Position numbers and translations under genes: made by a program. Below, piece after piece: positions 1 through 7,828 of a stretch of 64,000 nt of DNA. The DNA lies in contig JACRFA010000003.1 in assembly GCA_016218065.1 (NCBI GenBank), positions 10,090 to 74,089 of the forward strand. Reading direction: 5' to 3'. The notes below the pieces were generated by a model. It was not told the DNA's origin, did not search any database, and saw nothing but the letters and a program-made list of their open reading frames with translations. The stretch is from Ignavibacteriota bacterium. Lineage in GTDB: Bacteria; Bacteroidota; Ignavibacteria; UBA10030; UBA6906. Each line of letters begins with the position of its first letter. The stretch's first letter is position 1.

Positions 1-633
1 CAGATTCTGATGCGCGTACTGCACCGCGGCGCAGACCGTCCGATAGAGCTGCAACCGATCATGAATGCTGAGTTTCTTTTCGTCGCAGTACGCATCGATG
101 GGGATACCATCAACGTACTCCATGACAAAGTAGGGAGTGCCCTGCCCGTCCGGTCGACGACTCGACTCGTTGAGCAGGCGGGCATCAGGCAGACTTCCGC
201 CGTCGAGCAGCTTGGCAATGTTCGGGTGATTCAATCGCGCAAGCGCCGAGCGTTCCGCATGAAAGCGACGAACAGTGTCTTCGGTTCCCAGCCCGCTTCT
301 GATGAGCTTGATTGCGACGCGCTGCTTGAATTCTGTTTCTCGCCGTCCTTCATACACAACGCCCATTCCGCCGCGGGCGATTTCCCGCACAATCGTGTAC
401 GCGCCGATGTTCTTGCCGAGCAGTGAAGAGTCGTCCGCCATCCAAAACTGAGTAGGCGCGAATCCCGCCTCATCATCACCCTCGGAGTATGAAGCCAGCA
501 ATGACTCGACCTCACTGCGCAGCTCGGCATCGCCGGCAATGTGCGCGTCGAGGAATCTCTCGCGTTCGTCGGCTGAAAGATCCTTCGCCGAAGTGAACAG
601 CTCTTTAACTTGTTGCCAGCGTTTGGGCGTCAT
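1..633 (-). CDS. Ser/Thr protein kinase, N-terminal part (gene runs off the left edge)
   Basis: Absent from the ORF track because it has no stop codon in the window. Reverse complement from ATG at 633-631 reads MTPKRWQQVKELFTSAKDLSADERERFLDAHIAGDAELRSEVESLLASY...IGAYTIVREIARGGMGVVYEG...VAIKLI...HPNIAKLLDGG...YFVMEYVDG...YAHQNL. It shows the glycine loop and VAIK lysine, and stays open to position 1. Confidence 0.85.
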   Translation of the reverse strand, partial: MTPKRWQQVKELFTSAKDLSADERERFLDAHIAGDAELRSEVESLLASYSEGDDEAGFAPTQFWMADDSSLLGKNIGAYTIVREIARGGMGVVYEGRRETEFKQRVAIKLIRSGLGTEDTVRRFHAERSALARLNHPNIAKLLDGGSLPDARLLNESSRRPDGQGTPYFVMEYVDGIPIDAYCDEKKLSIHDRLQLYRTVCAAVQYAHQNL

Positions 634-683
634 ATTAGTGAATTCTGATACCACTGTTCAGGCAAGTGTAATCTCTACTTGGA

Positions 684-1546
684 CCCCGTTGGGATTCTTG
701 CTCAAGCCCGAAGGCCTGCCTGCCGCAGGCAGGGCTTGTATGTGAATAACACCACATGCAATGCGGTGACGACAGGGAGCGCGGGGTTCGAACAACCCCA
801 GAGGGTTGAATCGATCACAGCAGATACTTTTCATCAAAGTCAATCCGATATTCCCTCAGCAGCTCAATGTACTCCTCGCGAAAGGTCTTCTTCCGATGAT
901 ATTCTTCTTGGTTCTTGATGTATTCCACCAGCACATCTTTCCTGTCAATCGAGTATGTGAACGCTCCATATCCATCCTGCCAGCCACCAAAACGAGGGAA
1001 GAGTTCCTTTTTCTTGATGAGCTCTGAACATGCGAGCTTGATGTCTTTTATCACGTCCGCCAAGGCAACTGAAGGATGAAGATGCGTGAGAATGTGCAGA
1101 TGGTCTTCGATTCCATTGATACGATAGAGGTGGCACCTGTTGTTCTTGAGGATCCCCCCAATGTATTTGTACAATTCTTCGCGGTGGTCTTTCACTAACG
1201 TGGGTTCGTGTCCCTTTGTCCCAAACACGATTTGATAGAGTATTTGAGTGTATGTGCTCACTTGAGGAGTCCGTCTCCTTCGGAAATGTCGAACTTAGGT
1301 TGCGAGTTTGTTGATTGGTGCTTTGTCTCTTTAGGTTGAACCCCGTTGGGGTTCAACTGTGCGTTCCTTTTCTTTTTCCCCAGACTTCGTCTCCGGCTAT
1401 GCACATTAAATCCCTTCGGGATTCTTGCGGAAACCTGCGGCCTGCAAGGATTCAACTTCTGCAAACTTCGTCGGTACGTGAATAACACCGCATACAATGC
1501 GGTCATGGCAAGACGCACACGCGTTGCGACCCAGGGTCGAATTGAT
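684..1546 (-). mobile_element. IS200/IS605-family-like insertion (tnpA only) bounded by two ~130-bp same-orientation hairpin-bearing flanks
   Basis: Flank copies 684-815 and 1411-1546 share three blocks. Block 1: YCCCKTYGGGATTCTTGC (684-701 / 1411-1428). Block 2: a 29-mer GTGAATAACACC[A/G]CAT[G/A]CAATGCGGT[G/C]A (742-770 / 1478-1506) containing the hairpin ACCGCAT-aca-ATGCGGT. Block 3: GGGT[T/C]GAAT[C/T]GAT (803-815 / 1534-1546). A Y1 transposase gene lies between them. Exact ends were not determined. Confidence 0.5.
815..1261 (-). CDS. tnpA: IS200-like Y1 (HUH) transposase, possibly a REP-associated tyrosine transposase
   Basis: 148 aa. Contains the HUH-like motif DHLHILTHL and GGWQDGYGAFTYS, typical of the Y1_Tnp (PF01797/COG1943) family as I recall it. 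Size is typical of IS200 TnpA. Confidence 0.85.
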   Translation of the reverse strand: MSTYTQILYQIVFGTKGHEPTLVKDHREELYKYIGGILKNNRCHLYRINGIEDHLHILTHLHPSVALADVIKDIKLACSELIKKKELFPRFGGWQDGYGAFTYSIDRKDVLVEYIKNQEEYHRKKTFREEYIELLREYRIDFDEKYLL

Positions 1547-1551
1547 TGCAG

Positions 1552-2109
1552 TTATGTTCCAATCTCCCTTTGCAACCACGCCTTTGCTACCGCCCATTCG
1601 CGTTTGATTGTCGCCGCGGAGAGAAGCATCGCTTCCGCGGTTTCTTCGATACTCAGTCCAGTAAAGAACCGTAGCTCAATGATCCTGCAGAGACGCTCGT
1701 CGAATGTTTCGAGCCGCGTCAATGCTTCTTCAAGCGCGAGAAGCTTCCCGTCGGTTTCATCGGAGAGGAGAATCCCTTCCGCAAGCGAAACACGCGTAAA
1801 CTCGCCGCCGCGTTTCTCTGCGTTCCGCCTGCGTGCCTGAGCGACAAGAATTTGCCGCATCGAGCGAGCCGCGATACCGAAAAAGTGCGCGCGGTTCTCC
1901 CACGAAATGTCCGACCCGATGAGCCGGATGTACGCTTCATGCACCAACTCAGTCGTTTGAAATGTTCGCTGCTGATATTCCTGCTGAAGATATCGCGAGG
2001 CAAGTTGCCGAAGTTCATCATACACCAATGGCAGAAGCCGCTCGAGCGCAGGTTTGCTGCCGCCGCGAACCTCTCGAAGTAGTTGGGTTATTTCATTACT
2101 GGAGATCAT
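1552..2109 (-). CDS. ECF-type RNA polymerase sigma factor (TIGR02999-like, kinase-associated type)
   Basis: N-terminus MISSNEITQLLREVRGGSKPALERLLPLVYDELRQLASRYL, region 2 HEAYIRL and region 4 HTH LSIEETAEAM. ATG at 2109 is preferred over the TTG at 2124 used by the ORF track. Confidence 0.85.
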   Translation of the reverse strand: MISSNEITQLLREVRGGSKPALERLLPLVYDELRQLASRYLQQEYQQRTFQTTELVHEAYIRLIGSDISWENRAHFFGIAARSMRQILVAQARRRNAEKRGGEFTRVSLAEGILLSDETDGKLLALEEALTRLETFDERLCRIIELRFFTGLSIEETAEAMLLSAATIKREWAVAKAWLQREIGT

Positions 2110-2165
2110 TTCGTTCAGAACCAATATCCCTCAAACTTAGTGCAAAATCAATGCGAGATGGTGAA

Positions 2166-2335
2166 GATTCCCCATCGAAACTGCCTAAGAACTGTCTTTC
2201 TGTCCCGACACAGTCGGGATCACAGAGGCGAATGCCGAAGGCATCCCTTCGGGAGAATCCAGAAACCCGTACTGGTCGAAGACTCGACTCGTCGAGATTC
2301 TTCTCCAAAGGAGTCTGGACTCCGTTGCTAATGAC
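2166..2335 (+). repeat. Mosaic hairpin repeat, copy A (inverted partner at 38485-38646)
   Basis: GATTCCCCATCGAAACTGCCTAAGAACTGTCTTTCTGTCCCGACA[C/T]AGTCGGGATC...GGTCGAAGACTCGACTCGTCGAGATTCTTC...GACTCCGTT..AATGAC aligns with the reverse complement of 38485-38646. Copy A carries an extra 23-nt hairpin, TGCCGAAGGCATCCCTTCGGGAG. Confidence 0.7.
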
Positions 2336-2375
2336 GTACATGAATTTGTCCTTCTGAGGCTCGTTTTTCAGAGCC

Positions 2376-2516
2376 GAAGAATCCAGAAACCCTGTCGTGC
2401 TCTGATCTGGATTCTTCACTTCGCTTCGCTCGTTCAGAATGACAAATGGGAACTGCACAGTCATTACCTCAAATAGCCACGCCGCTTCTTGGCGTGGTCA
2501 TGAAACTCAGAATGAC
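2376..2516 (+). repeat. Two further hairpin repeat units ending in GAATGAC
   Basis: An 11-bp stem GAAGAATCCAG (2376-2386) / CTGGATTCTTC (2407-2417) is followed by ACTTCGCTTCGCTCGTTCAGAATGAC. A mini-unit GTCATT (2460-2465)...AATGAC (2511-2516) follows, with central hairpin CCACGCC/GGCGTGG (2477-2483 / 2491-2497). Confidence 0.55.
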
Positions 2517-2781
2517 AATCAAAAGAGGTCAAGATGATCTTCTGGCGTTTTCGGGAATCTCCGAGGGGGGTGAGCCAATTTCCAATGATTTCGCGCATGA
2601 GCTAATGAGAAGGTCTCGAAAGATTGTTCATTCACATCCTGTTAGGTGGATAATGAAATCCTCTGCAACGATTGTCGGTACGTGGGGCAGCAGCAAGCAA
2701 AGTGTGCTTCTGTCGACTTCCTTGAGGACGGCTTTCATTATTCGAGAAAATTCATTCTCGCCAAATAGAAGGACAACACGA

Positions 2782-5700
2782 ATGACAGTGTTTGTTTTGA
2801 TACTTCTTCTTTCACTTTCGCTGCCGGCGTATGCGCAATGGCAACAGTTGAGCATTCCTACCACCGCGAATCCGGCAGCGATCAGCGCGCTCCTTCCCGG
2901 CACCGGCAGCGATCTGTACGCGAGCACGCCGACAGGCTTCTATCGCTCAACGAACTCCGGAGTGAATTGGGCACGAAGAGACAGCATCGCCTATAACTTC
3001 AATTCGTTGATTCTCTCTGATGGATTCATCTACGGCGGATATTCCAAGTATGTGATTCGGTCTTCCGATGAAGGCGTTACATGGCAATACGTCAGCGGTG
3101 TTTCGGGGAGTGCAATAAACGAAGTGATCAACAAGTTGTTCACGTTTCGCGGAAACCTCTACGCAAGCGTGCGCGGAAACGCGAGCGGCAATAGTCCCGG
3201 CATCTACATGTCAACCAACGGAGGAACGCTTTGGGAACCTCGCCGACAAGGATTACTTCCCGCCGATGTGAATGTCATTTCAATTGATTCGATGGGCACC
3301 ATGCTCTTCGCTATCGCCCAGCCCGGCAACAATGTGAATAATCGGCGACTCTATCGTTCCATCAACGGCGGATTGCTTTGGATTCCACTCAACGTGTCGG
3401 AGGCATCTCACCTCATGGGAGCAATTGCGGCAAAAGATACGCTGCTGTTCTGCCTCTATGCTTCCATCGGATCCGACGGCGGAGTGCTGGCAACGTCATC
3501 CGACAAAGGCGACTCATGGTCTTTGCGCACGGGCGTGGGGCCGCCGACTTTCAGCCCGACGAGTTTTGCACGCTTCGGTAACGACTTGTACTTCACAACC
3601 GACGGTACGGGACATCCCGGAGAAACGCCAGTGATGAAATCCACCGACGACGGCGCAAGCTTCGCGCCGTTTGTCGATGGGTTGCCACCGCCTTACGTGG
3701 TCGTGTCACGAGAGCTTGTGATCGGTGCCGGATATATCTACCTGAGAACAGCCGCGACGAACGCATGGCGGAGGACATTTCAGCCGCAGGGACAATTGCG
3801 AGTGACGGCTCCGGCGGCGGGCGATGTTGTGTTGGCTGATGCACACTACAGCATAACATGGCTGTCCTTGGGTGTTGATTCGATCAAGATCGAGTTCAGT
3901 TTGGACAACGGACTCTCATACCGGCAATTAGTTCGCAGTGTCGCTGCAAGTCAGACAAGTTATTCGTGGATGGTTCCCGATACGCTCACGACGCGGTGCA
4001 AGATTCGGGTGAGCGCAATTGAGAATGCTTCTCTCAACCATGTGGGAGGGCGGTTCAGCATCAAGGGATATCAGATTACCCGGCTCGATGCGGCCGGCGA
4101 CTATGAAGCGTTTGATCCGAAACTGCATGGCTGGAAATTTGGAAATAGCGGAGCGCAAATGTGGCCGCAATCCTGGTGGAGTCAATTTGATTACGCCGGT
4201 AACGATCCCAACACCGGACGGAAATATTTCTATCCGTTCGACGGCCTGCCGCGGATTCCATCCAGCACGTTTATCGATTGGCCGCTGTTCGTTCAAACGT
4301 TCCAGCCTCAACACTGTTACAAGTATGACGGCTGGGTGACGACAAAGGCGCTTGATGTGTGGTTTGGAGAAACAGACACGACATTTCACGGAAGCTGCGT
4401 GGGCTTCAGTGTCTCCGCGTTTCTCGCCTTCAATAGTCCCGCGACACTTCGCGATTCGTTTCCCTCCATTGGCAACTTCCAATATCTCAACCAGGTTCCG
4501 CTGAACAATGACACGAGAAAGATCGTCAACCAACTGTTTTTTCATCAGGTTGATCCCGACCATTATGCGTATGATGCCCAGCAAGAAATAAAGACTCCGC
4601 GCCAAACTTTGCAGGAATTGAAGGAGATGTTCTTCCCCGGTGTGGATGACAACAGAACGCTGAACATCAGAATTAAGGATCCGAGTTTTGCGCACTCAGT
4701 CATCGGCTACAGACTGAAACCGGAAAACCGCGCGCAAGGAATTTACAAGTTGTATCTTTACGATTCCATTACGCCGGATACCACCATCATCATCACGATC
4801 GATTCGTCGGTCAACGTATGGTCCGGTAGAATTCGGGCGTTCACGGATGGGCTGTATCTTTCGGAACCCGCCAGTACATTTCTCCGGCATCCACGGCTCC
4901 CGGGACAAAATGCCGGTGCGATGTTGGCCGGAACCGGCGGCATCAGGATGTACAATACGCCGAGAGCTTCTGTAACGATCACAGATCAGAACGGTCGCAC
5001 CATTGGTTTTACCGATTCTGCAGTCACGGAAAATATGCCGGGGGCTTTGGCAATTATTCCGCGTGTAGGAGAGTACCATCCGCCGACGGGTTATTTTGTG
5101 CCGGACGGATCGTACTCCATTCGACTCAACAACTTTGCAGATCGCTCATCTTACTTCACCTCATTCGGCGGCGTGGTCAGCTACAACTACAGGCGCTCTG
5201 GCGCACTTCCTTTTCAAACTGACAACTTGAATTTGTCTAACGGACTTTCGGTAAAGAACGGAGATAGCGTCGCAAAGGAAATCAATCTGAAGTCGAGTGT
5301 CTCTCTCGATACTCTTGAGATGACGTTTGAATTGACGCATGTCGTGAGTTCGTCAGGCGATTCTCTCCTGATACGCGGCGAAACCGGCGGCGATCTGATT
5401 GCGGAGAATCATGGGCATCAATCGTCCTATGATTTGAGTTTGATTCTGGGAAGCCCGATCCGGGCTGCTGCGTTTCGACACCCGGGGATTTCATTGGATT
5501 CCAACTCGTCGCATCGCATTGTCCCGTCATGGAGCAGTTCACTCATCCAGCCTGTGAAAATCTTTGTGGATCGAGGCAACAACGGGACAATCGATGATAC
5601 TCTGACCATCGACAATACACTCGACGTGGAGGAACACTCTGCACAAGAAACTCCGGGAAGATTCAATCTTTCGCAGAACTTCCCGAACCCTTTCAATCCG

Positions 5701-5919
5701 ACAACAGAGATCAGATTTCAGATATCAGAAGTCAGCCACGCAACGTTGAGAGTTTTCAATCTTCTCGGACAAGAAGTTGCAACGCTCGTGGATGAAAAGC
5801 TGAATGCCGGAAGTTATCAGGTTCAATTCAAAGCAAAGGGCTTAGCAAGCGGAGTTTACATGTATCGGCTTACCGCCGGCACTCAATCGATATCGAAAAA
5901 ACTTCTTCTCACAAAATAG
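2782..5919 (+). CDS. T9SS cargo: Asp-box (BNR-like) beta-propeller, Ig-like domain, papain-fold cysteine-peptidase-like domain and C-terminal sorting domain
   Basis: The ATG at 2782 gives signal peptide MTVFVLILLLSLSLPAYAQ; the ORF-track extension 2446-2781 is repeat-derived. Asp-box motifs STNSGVNW, SSDEGVTW, STNGGTLW, SSDKGDSW, STDDGASF. Putative Cys in HGSCVGFS and His in AHSVIGY. CTD is NFPNPFNPTTEIRF...YRLTAGTQSISKKLLLTK. Confidence 0.8.
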   Translation: MTVFVLILLLSLSLPAYAQWQQLSIPTTANPAAISALLPGTGSDLYASTPTGFYRSTNSGVNWARRDSIAYNFNSLILSDGFIYGGYSKYVIRSSDEGVTWQYVSGVSGSAINEVINKLFTFRGNLYASVRGNASGNSPGIYMSTNGGTLWEPRRQGLLPADVNVISIDSMGTMLFAIAQPGNNVNNRRLYRSINGGLLWIPLNVSEASHLMGAIAAKDTLLFCLYASIGSDGGVLATSSDKGDSWSLRTGVGPPTFSPTSFARFGNDLYFTTDGTGHPGETPVMKSTDDGASFAPFVDGLPPPYVVVSRELVIGAGYIYLRTAATNAWRRTFQPQGQLRVTAPAAGDVVLADAHYSITWLSLGVDSIKIEFSLDNGLSYRQLVRSVAASQTSYSWMVPDTLTTRCKIRVSAIENASLNHVGGRFSIKGYQITRLDAAGDYEAFDPKLHGWKFGNSGAQMWPQSWWSQFDYAGNDPNTGRKYFYPFDGLPRIPSSTFIDWPLFVQTFQPQHCYKYDGWVTTKALDVWFGETDTTFHGSCVGFSVSAFLAFNSPATLRDSFPSIGNFQYLNQVPLNNDTRKIVNQLFFHQVDPDHYAYDAQQEIKTPRQTLQELKEMFFPGVDDNRTLNIRIKDPSFAHSVIGYRLKPENRAQGIYKLYLYDSITPDTTIIITIDSSVNVWSGRIRAFTDGLYLSEPASTFLRHPRLPGQNAGAMLAGTGGIRMYNTPRASVTITDQNGRTIGFTDSAVTENMPGALAIIPRVGEYHPPTGYFVPDGSYSIRLNNFADRSSYFTSFGGVVSYNYRRSGALPFQTDNLNLSNGLSVKNGDSVAKEINLKSSVSLDTLEMTFELTHVVSSSGDSLLIRGETGGDLIAENHGHQSSYDLSLILGSPIRAAAFRHPGISLDSNSSHRIVPSWSSSLIQPVKIFVDRGNNGTIDDTLTIDNTLDVEEHSAQETPGRFNLSQNFPNPFNPTTEIRFQISEVSHATLRVFNLLGQEVATLVDEKLNAGSYQVQFKAKGLASGVYMYRLTAGTQSISKKLLLTK

Positions 5920-5930
5920 CGAGGAGAGAT

Positions 5931-6029
5931 ATGAAGAGAGTTCTTGTTGTTCTGCTCTTTGTTATCTCGATTTCCTCATACGCACAGCGGTCAAGAATGA
6001 TTCTGATTCTTGCACTCAACGTTTCTTAG
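5931..6029 (+). pseudogene. Remnant 5' end (signal peptide only) of another array paralogue
   Basis: A 32-codon ORF reads MKRVLVVLLFVISISSYAQRSRMILILALNVS*. The signal peptide and AQ cleavage site resemble those of the downstream paralogues (compare MNKVIITLLFIIPFSVHAQWSNDP at 7829). Similarity is lost and the frame breaks straight after the AQ. Confidence 0.4.
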
Positions 6030-6058
6030 CACATCACATCAACAACAAGAGAGATAAA

Positions 6059-7816
6059 ATGAGAGCCATTCTATCCGTCTTCGTTCTTCTTGCGTACGGA
6101 GTTCCGTGCTTCAGCCAGTGGTCAGGAAATCCGGCAGTTAACACACCGATATGCGTTGCATCCTCATTCCAAGATCTTCCTCAACTTGTTTCCGATGGAA
6201 ACGGTGGCGCTATTATCGTATGGGTTGACGGGCGAAACCCTCCCATCAATTCCAATGGAGATATCTACGCGCAACGTATTGGAGCAAATGGATTCGTTCA
6301 ATGGACTGCCGATGGCATTTCTGTTTGCGGTAATGGCGTTACGCAGAACAGACCGCAGATAGTTTCGGATGGAAACGGAGGGGCGATTATTGTCTGGGAA
6401 GATCTCCGGAACAATATCAACGCGAATGACATTTACGCGCAAAGAATCAATTCAAGCGGGGTCGTTCAATGGGTAGCAAATGGAGTTCCCGTTTGTACGG
6501 CGACAGCGAAGCAGGACCGTCCTATGATAGCGACCGATGGTGCGGGCGGCGCAATCATAACGTGGTATGATTATCGGAACAACTCTGCTCTTGCAAACAT
6601 TTACGCGCAACGGATTGACGCAAACGGAACGGCGCTTTGGACATTGAACGGTATTTCTGTTTGTCCCGCCACCATCAATCAGATCGATCCGAAGATCATT
6701 GCCGACGGTGCAGGCGGGGCGATTGTTGTGTGGAGCGATAATCGGTCGAATACCCAATCGGATATCTATGCGCAGCGCATTGCGGGAAGCGGCGTCATCA
6801 CATGGTCCACGAGCGGTCTTGGCATTTGCGTTTTGGGACGCCAACAATGGGCGCCTTCCATTGCGCCCGATGGAAGCGGCGGCGCGATTGTTGCCTGGGC
6901 GGATCAACGCGACACCATCAGTGTTCCTCGTACCGATGATGTATATGTTCAGCGGGTTGATTCAAACGGGAATCGTCTCTGGGCAGCCGGTGGAGTTCCG
7001 ATAAGCACTGGCGCCGGGAATCAAATGCGTCCGATTGTTTTGTCTTCCGGAGATGGTGGTGCAATTATTTCATGGAACGATACACGAAACGGCAGCAGCA
7101 ATCGCGATATCTACGCGCAGCGCGTTGGATCTTCCGGCTCGATCATTTGGTCGGCAAATGGAATTCCGATTTGTACTGCATCGAACGATCAGGATTGGGC
7201 AAATCCAATTTCCGACGGAAATGGCGGCGCGATCATCTCTTGGGAAGATGAACGGGCGGGAGGAACCAGTAGAAATGTGTATGCTCAACGCGTGAATGCA
7301 AACGGTGCTGTGCAGTGGACTGCGAACGGTGTTGCAACCAGTACAGCATCGGGTTACAAAAGTTTTTCACAGATTCTCCCGGTTGGTACTGGTGATGCGA
7401 TTATTACATGGGGAGATGAACGAAGCGGAAGTGATGATCGAAATATCTACGCTCAACGAATTAACGCGAACGGATCGCTGACGAGTGTTCGTTTCGCCGA
7501 AGAGTCTCCATCATCAATCTCATTGGAACAGAACTATCCCAACCCGTTTAACCCAAGCACGCGCATTCGGTTCTCGGTTGCTTTGGGGAATGGGAGAAGG
7601 GGAGAATCGTCCGATGGACTCTTTTCGGAGGAGAAGGTATTGTTGAAGGTGTACGATCTGTTGGGAAGGGAAGTGGCAACTTTGGTGAATGAGAATTTAA
7701 GCGCGGGAAGCCATCACGTACAATTCAACGCACAGGGACTTGCAAGCGGAGTTTACATTTATCGGCTTACCGCCGGCACTCAATCGATTTCGAAAAAACT
7801 TCTTCTCACCAAATAA
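6059..7816 (+). CDS. T9SS cargo, 8 x ~53-56 aa SDGxGGAIIxW / DIYAQR repeat protein (paralogue 1)
   Basis: Signal peptide ending FSQWSGNP, then eight repeats of the type P.IVSDGNGGAIIVW.D.RN....DIYAQRI...G...W..NG..VC.A, then a T9SS CTD. Long stretches are nearly identical in nucleotide sequence to 9554-11290. Confidence 0.85.
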   Translation: MRAILSVFVLLAYGVPCFSQWSGNPAVNTPICVASSFQDLPQLVSDGNGGAIIVWVDGRNPPINSNGDIYAQRIGANGFVQWTADGISVCGNGVTQNRPQIVSDGNGGAIIVWEDLRNNINANDIYAQRINSSGVVQWVANGVPVCTATAKQDRPMIATDGAGGAIITWYDYRNNSALANIYAQRIDANGTALWTLNGISVCPATINQIDPKIIADGAGGAIVVWSDNRSNTQSDIYAQRIAGSGVITWSTSGLGICVLGRQQWAPSIAPDGSGGAIVAWADQRDTISVPRTDDVYVQRVDSNGNRLWAAGGVPISTGAGNQMRPIVLSSGDGGAIISWNDTRNGSSNRDIYAQRVGSSGSIIWSANGIPICTASNDQDWANPISDGNGGAIISWEDERAGGTSRNVYAQRVNANGAVQWTANGVATSTASGYKSFSQILPVGTGDAIITWGDERSGSDDRNIYAQRINANGSLTSVRFAEESPSSISLEQNYPNPFNPSTRIRFSVALGNGRRGESSDGLFSEEKVLLKVYDLLGREVATLVNENLSAGSHHVQFNAQGLASGVYIYRLTAGTQSISKKLLLTK

Positions 7817-7828
7817 ACGGGAGAGACT

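Noticed and set aside
10-539. ORF-track entries 10-426 (+) and 231-539 (-)
   Set aside because: The real gene is a Ser/Thr kinase in a different minus-strand frame (1-633) with clear kinase motifs. The listed ORFs have no features.
781-812. tRNA-like T-arm (GGGGTTCGAACAACCCC) in the IS flank
   Set aside because: No acceptor stem, anticodon arm or cloverleaf can be drawn around it. It is more likely part of the element's end structure.
2446-2781. N-terminal 112-aa extension of the 1157-aa ORF
   Set aside because: The extension is translated from dispersed hairpin repeats. The ATG at 2782 gives a canonical signal peptide.
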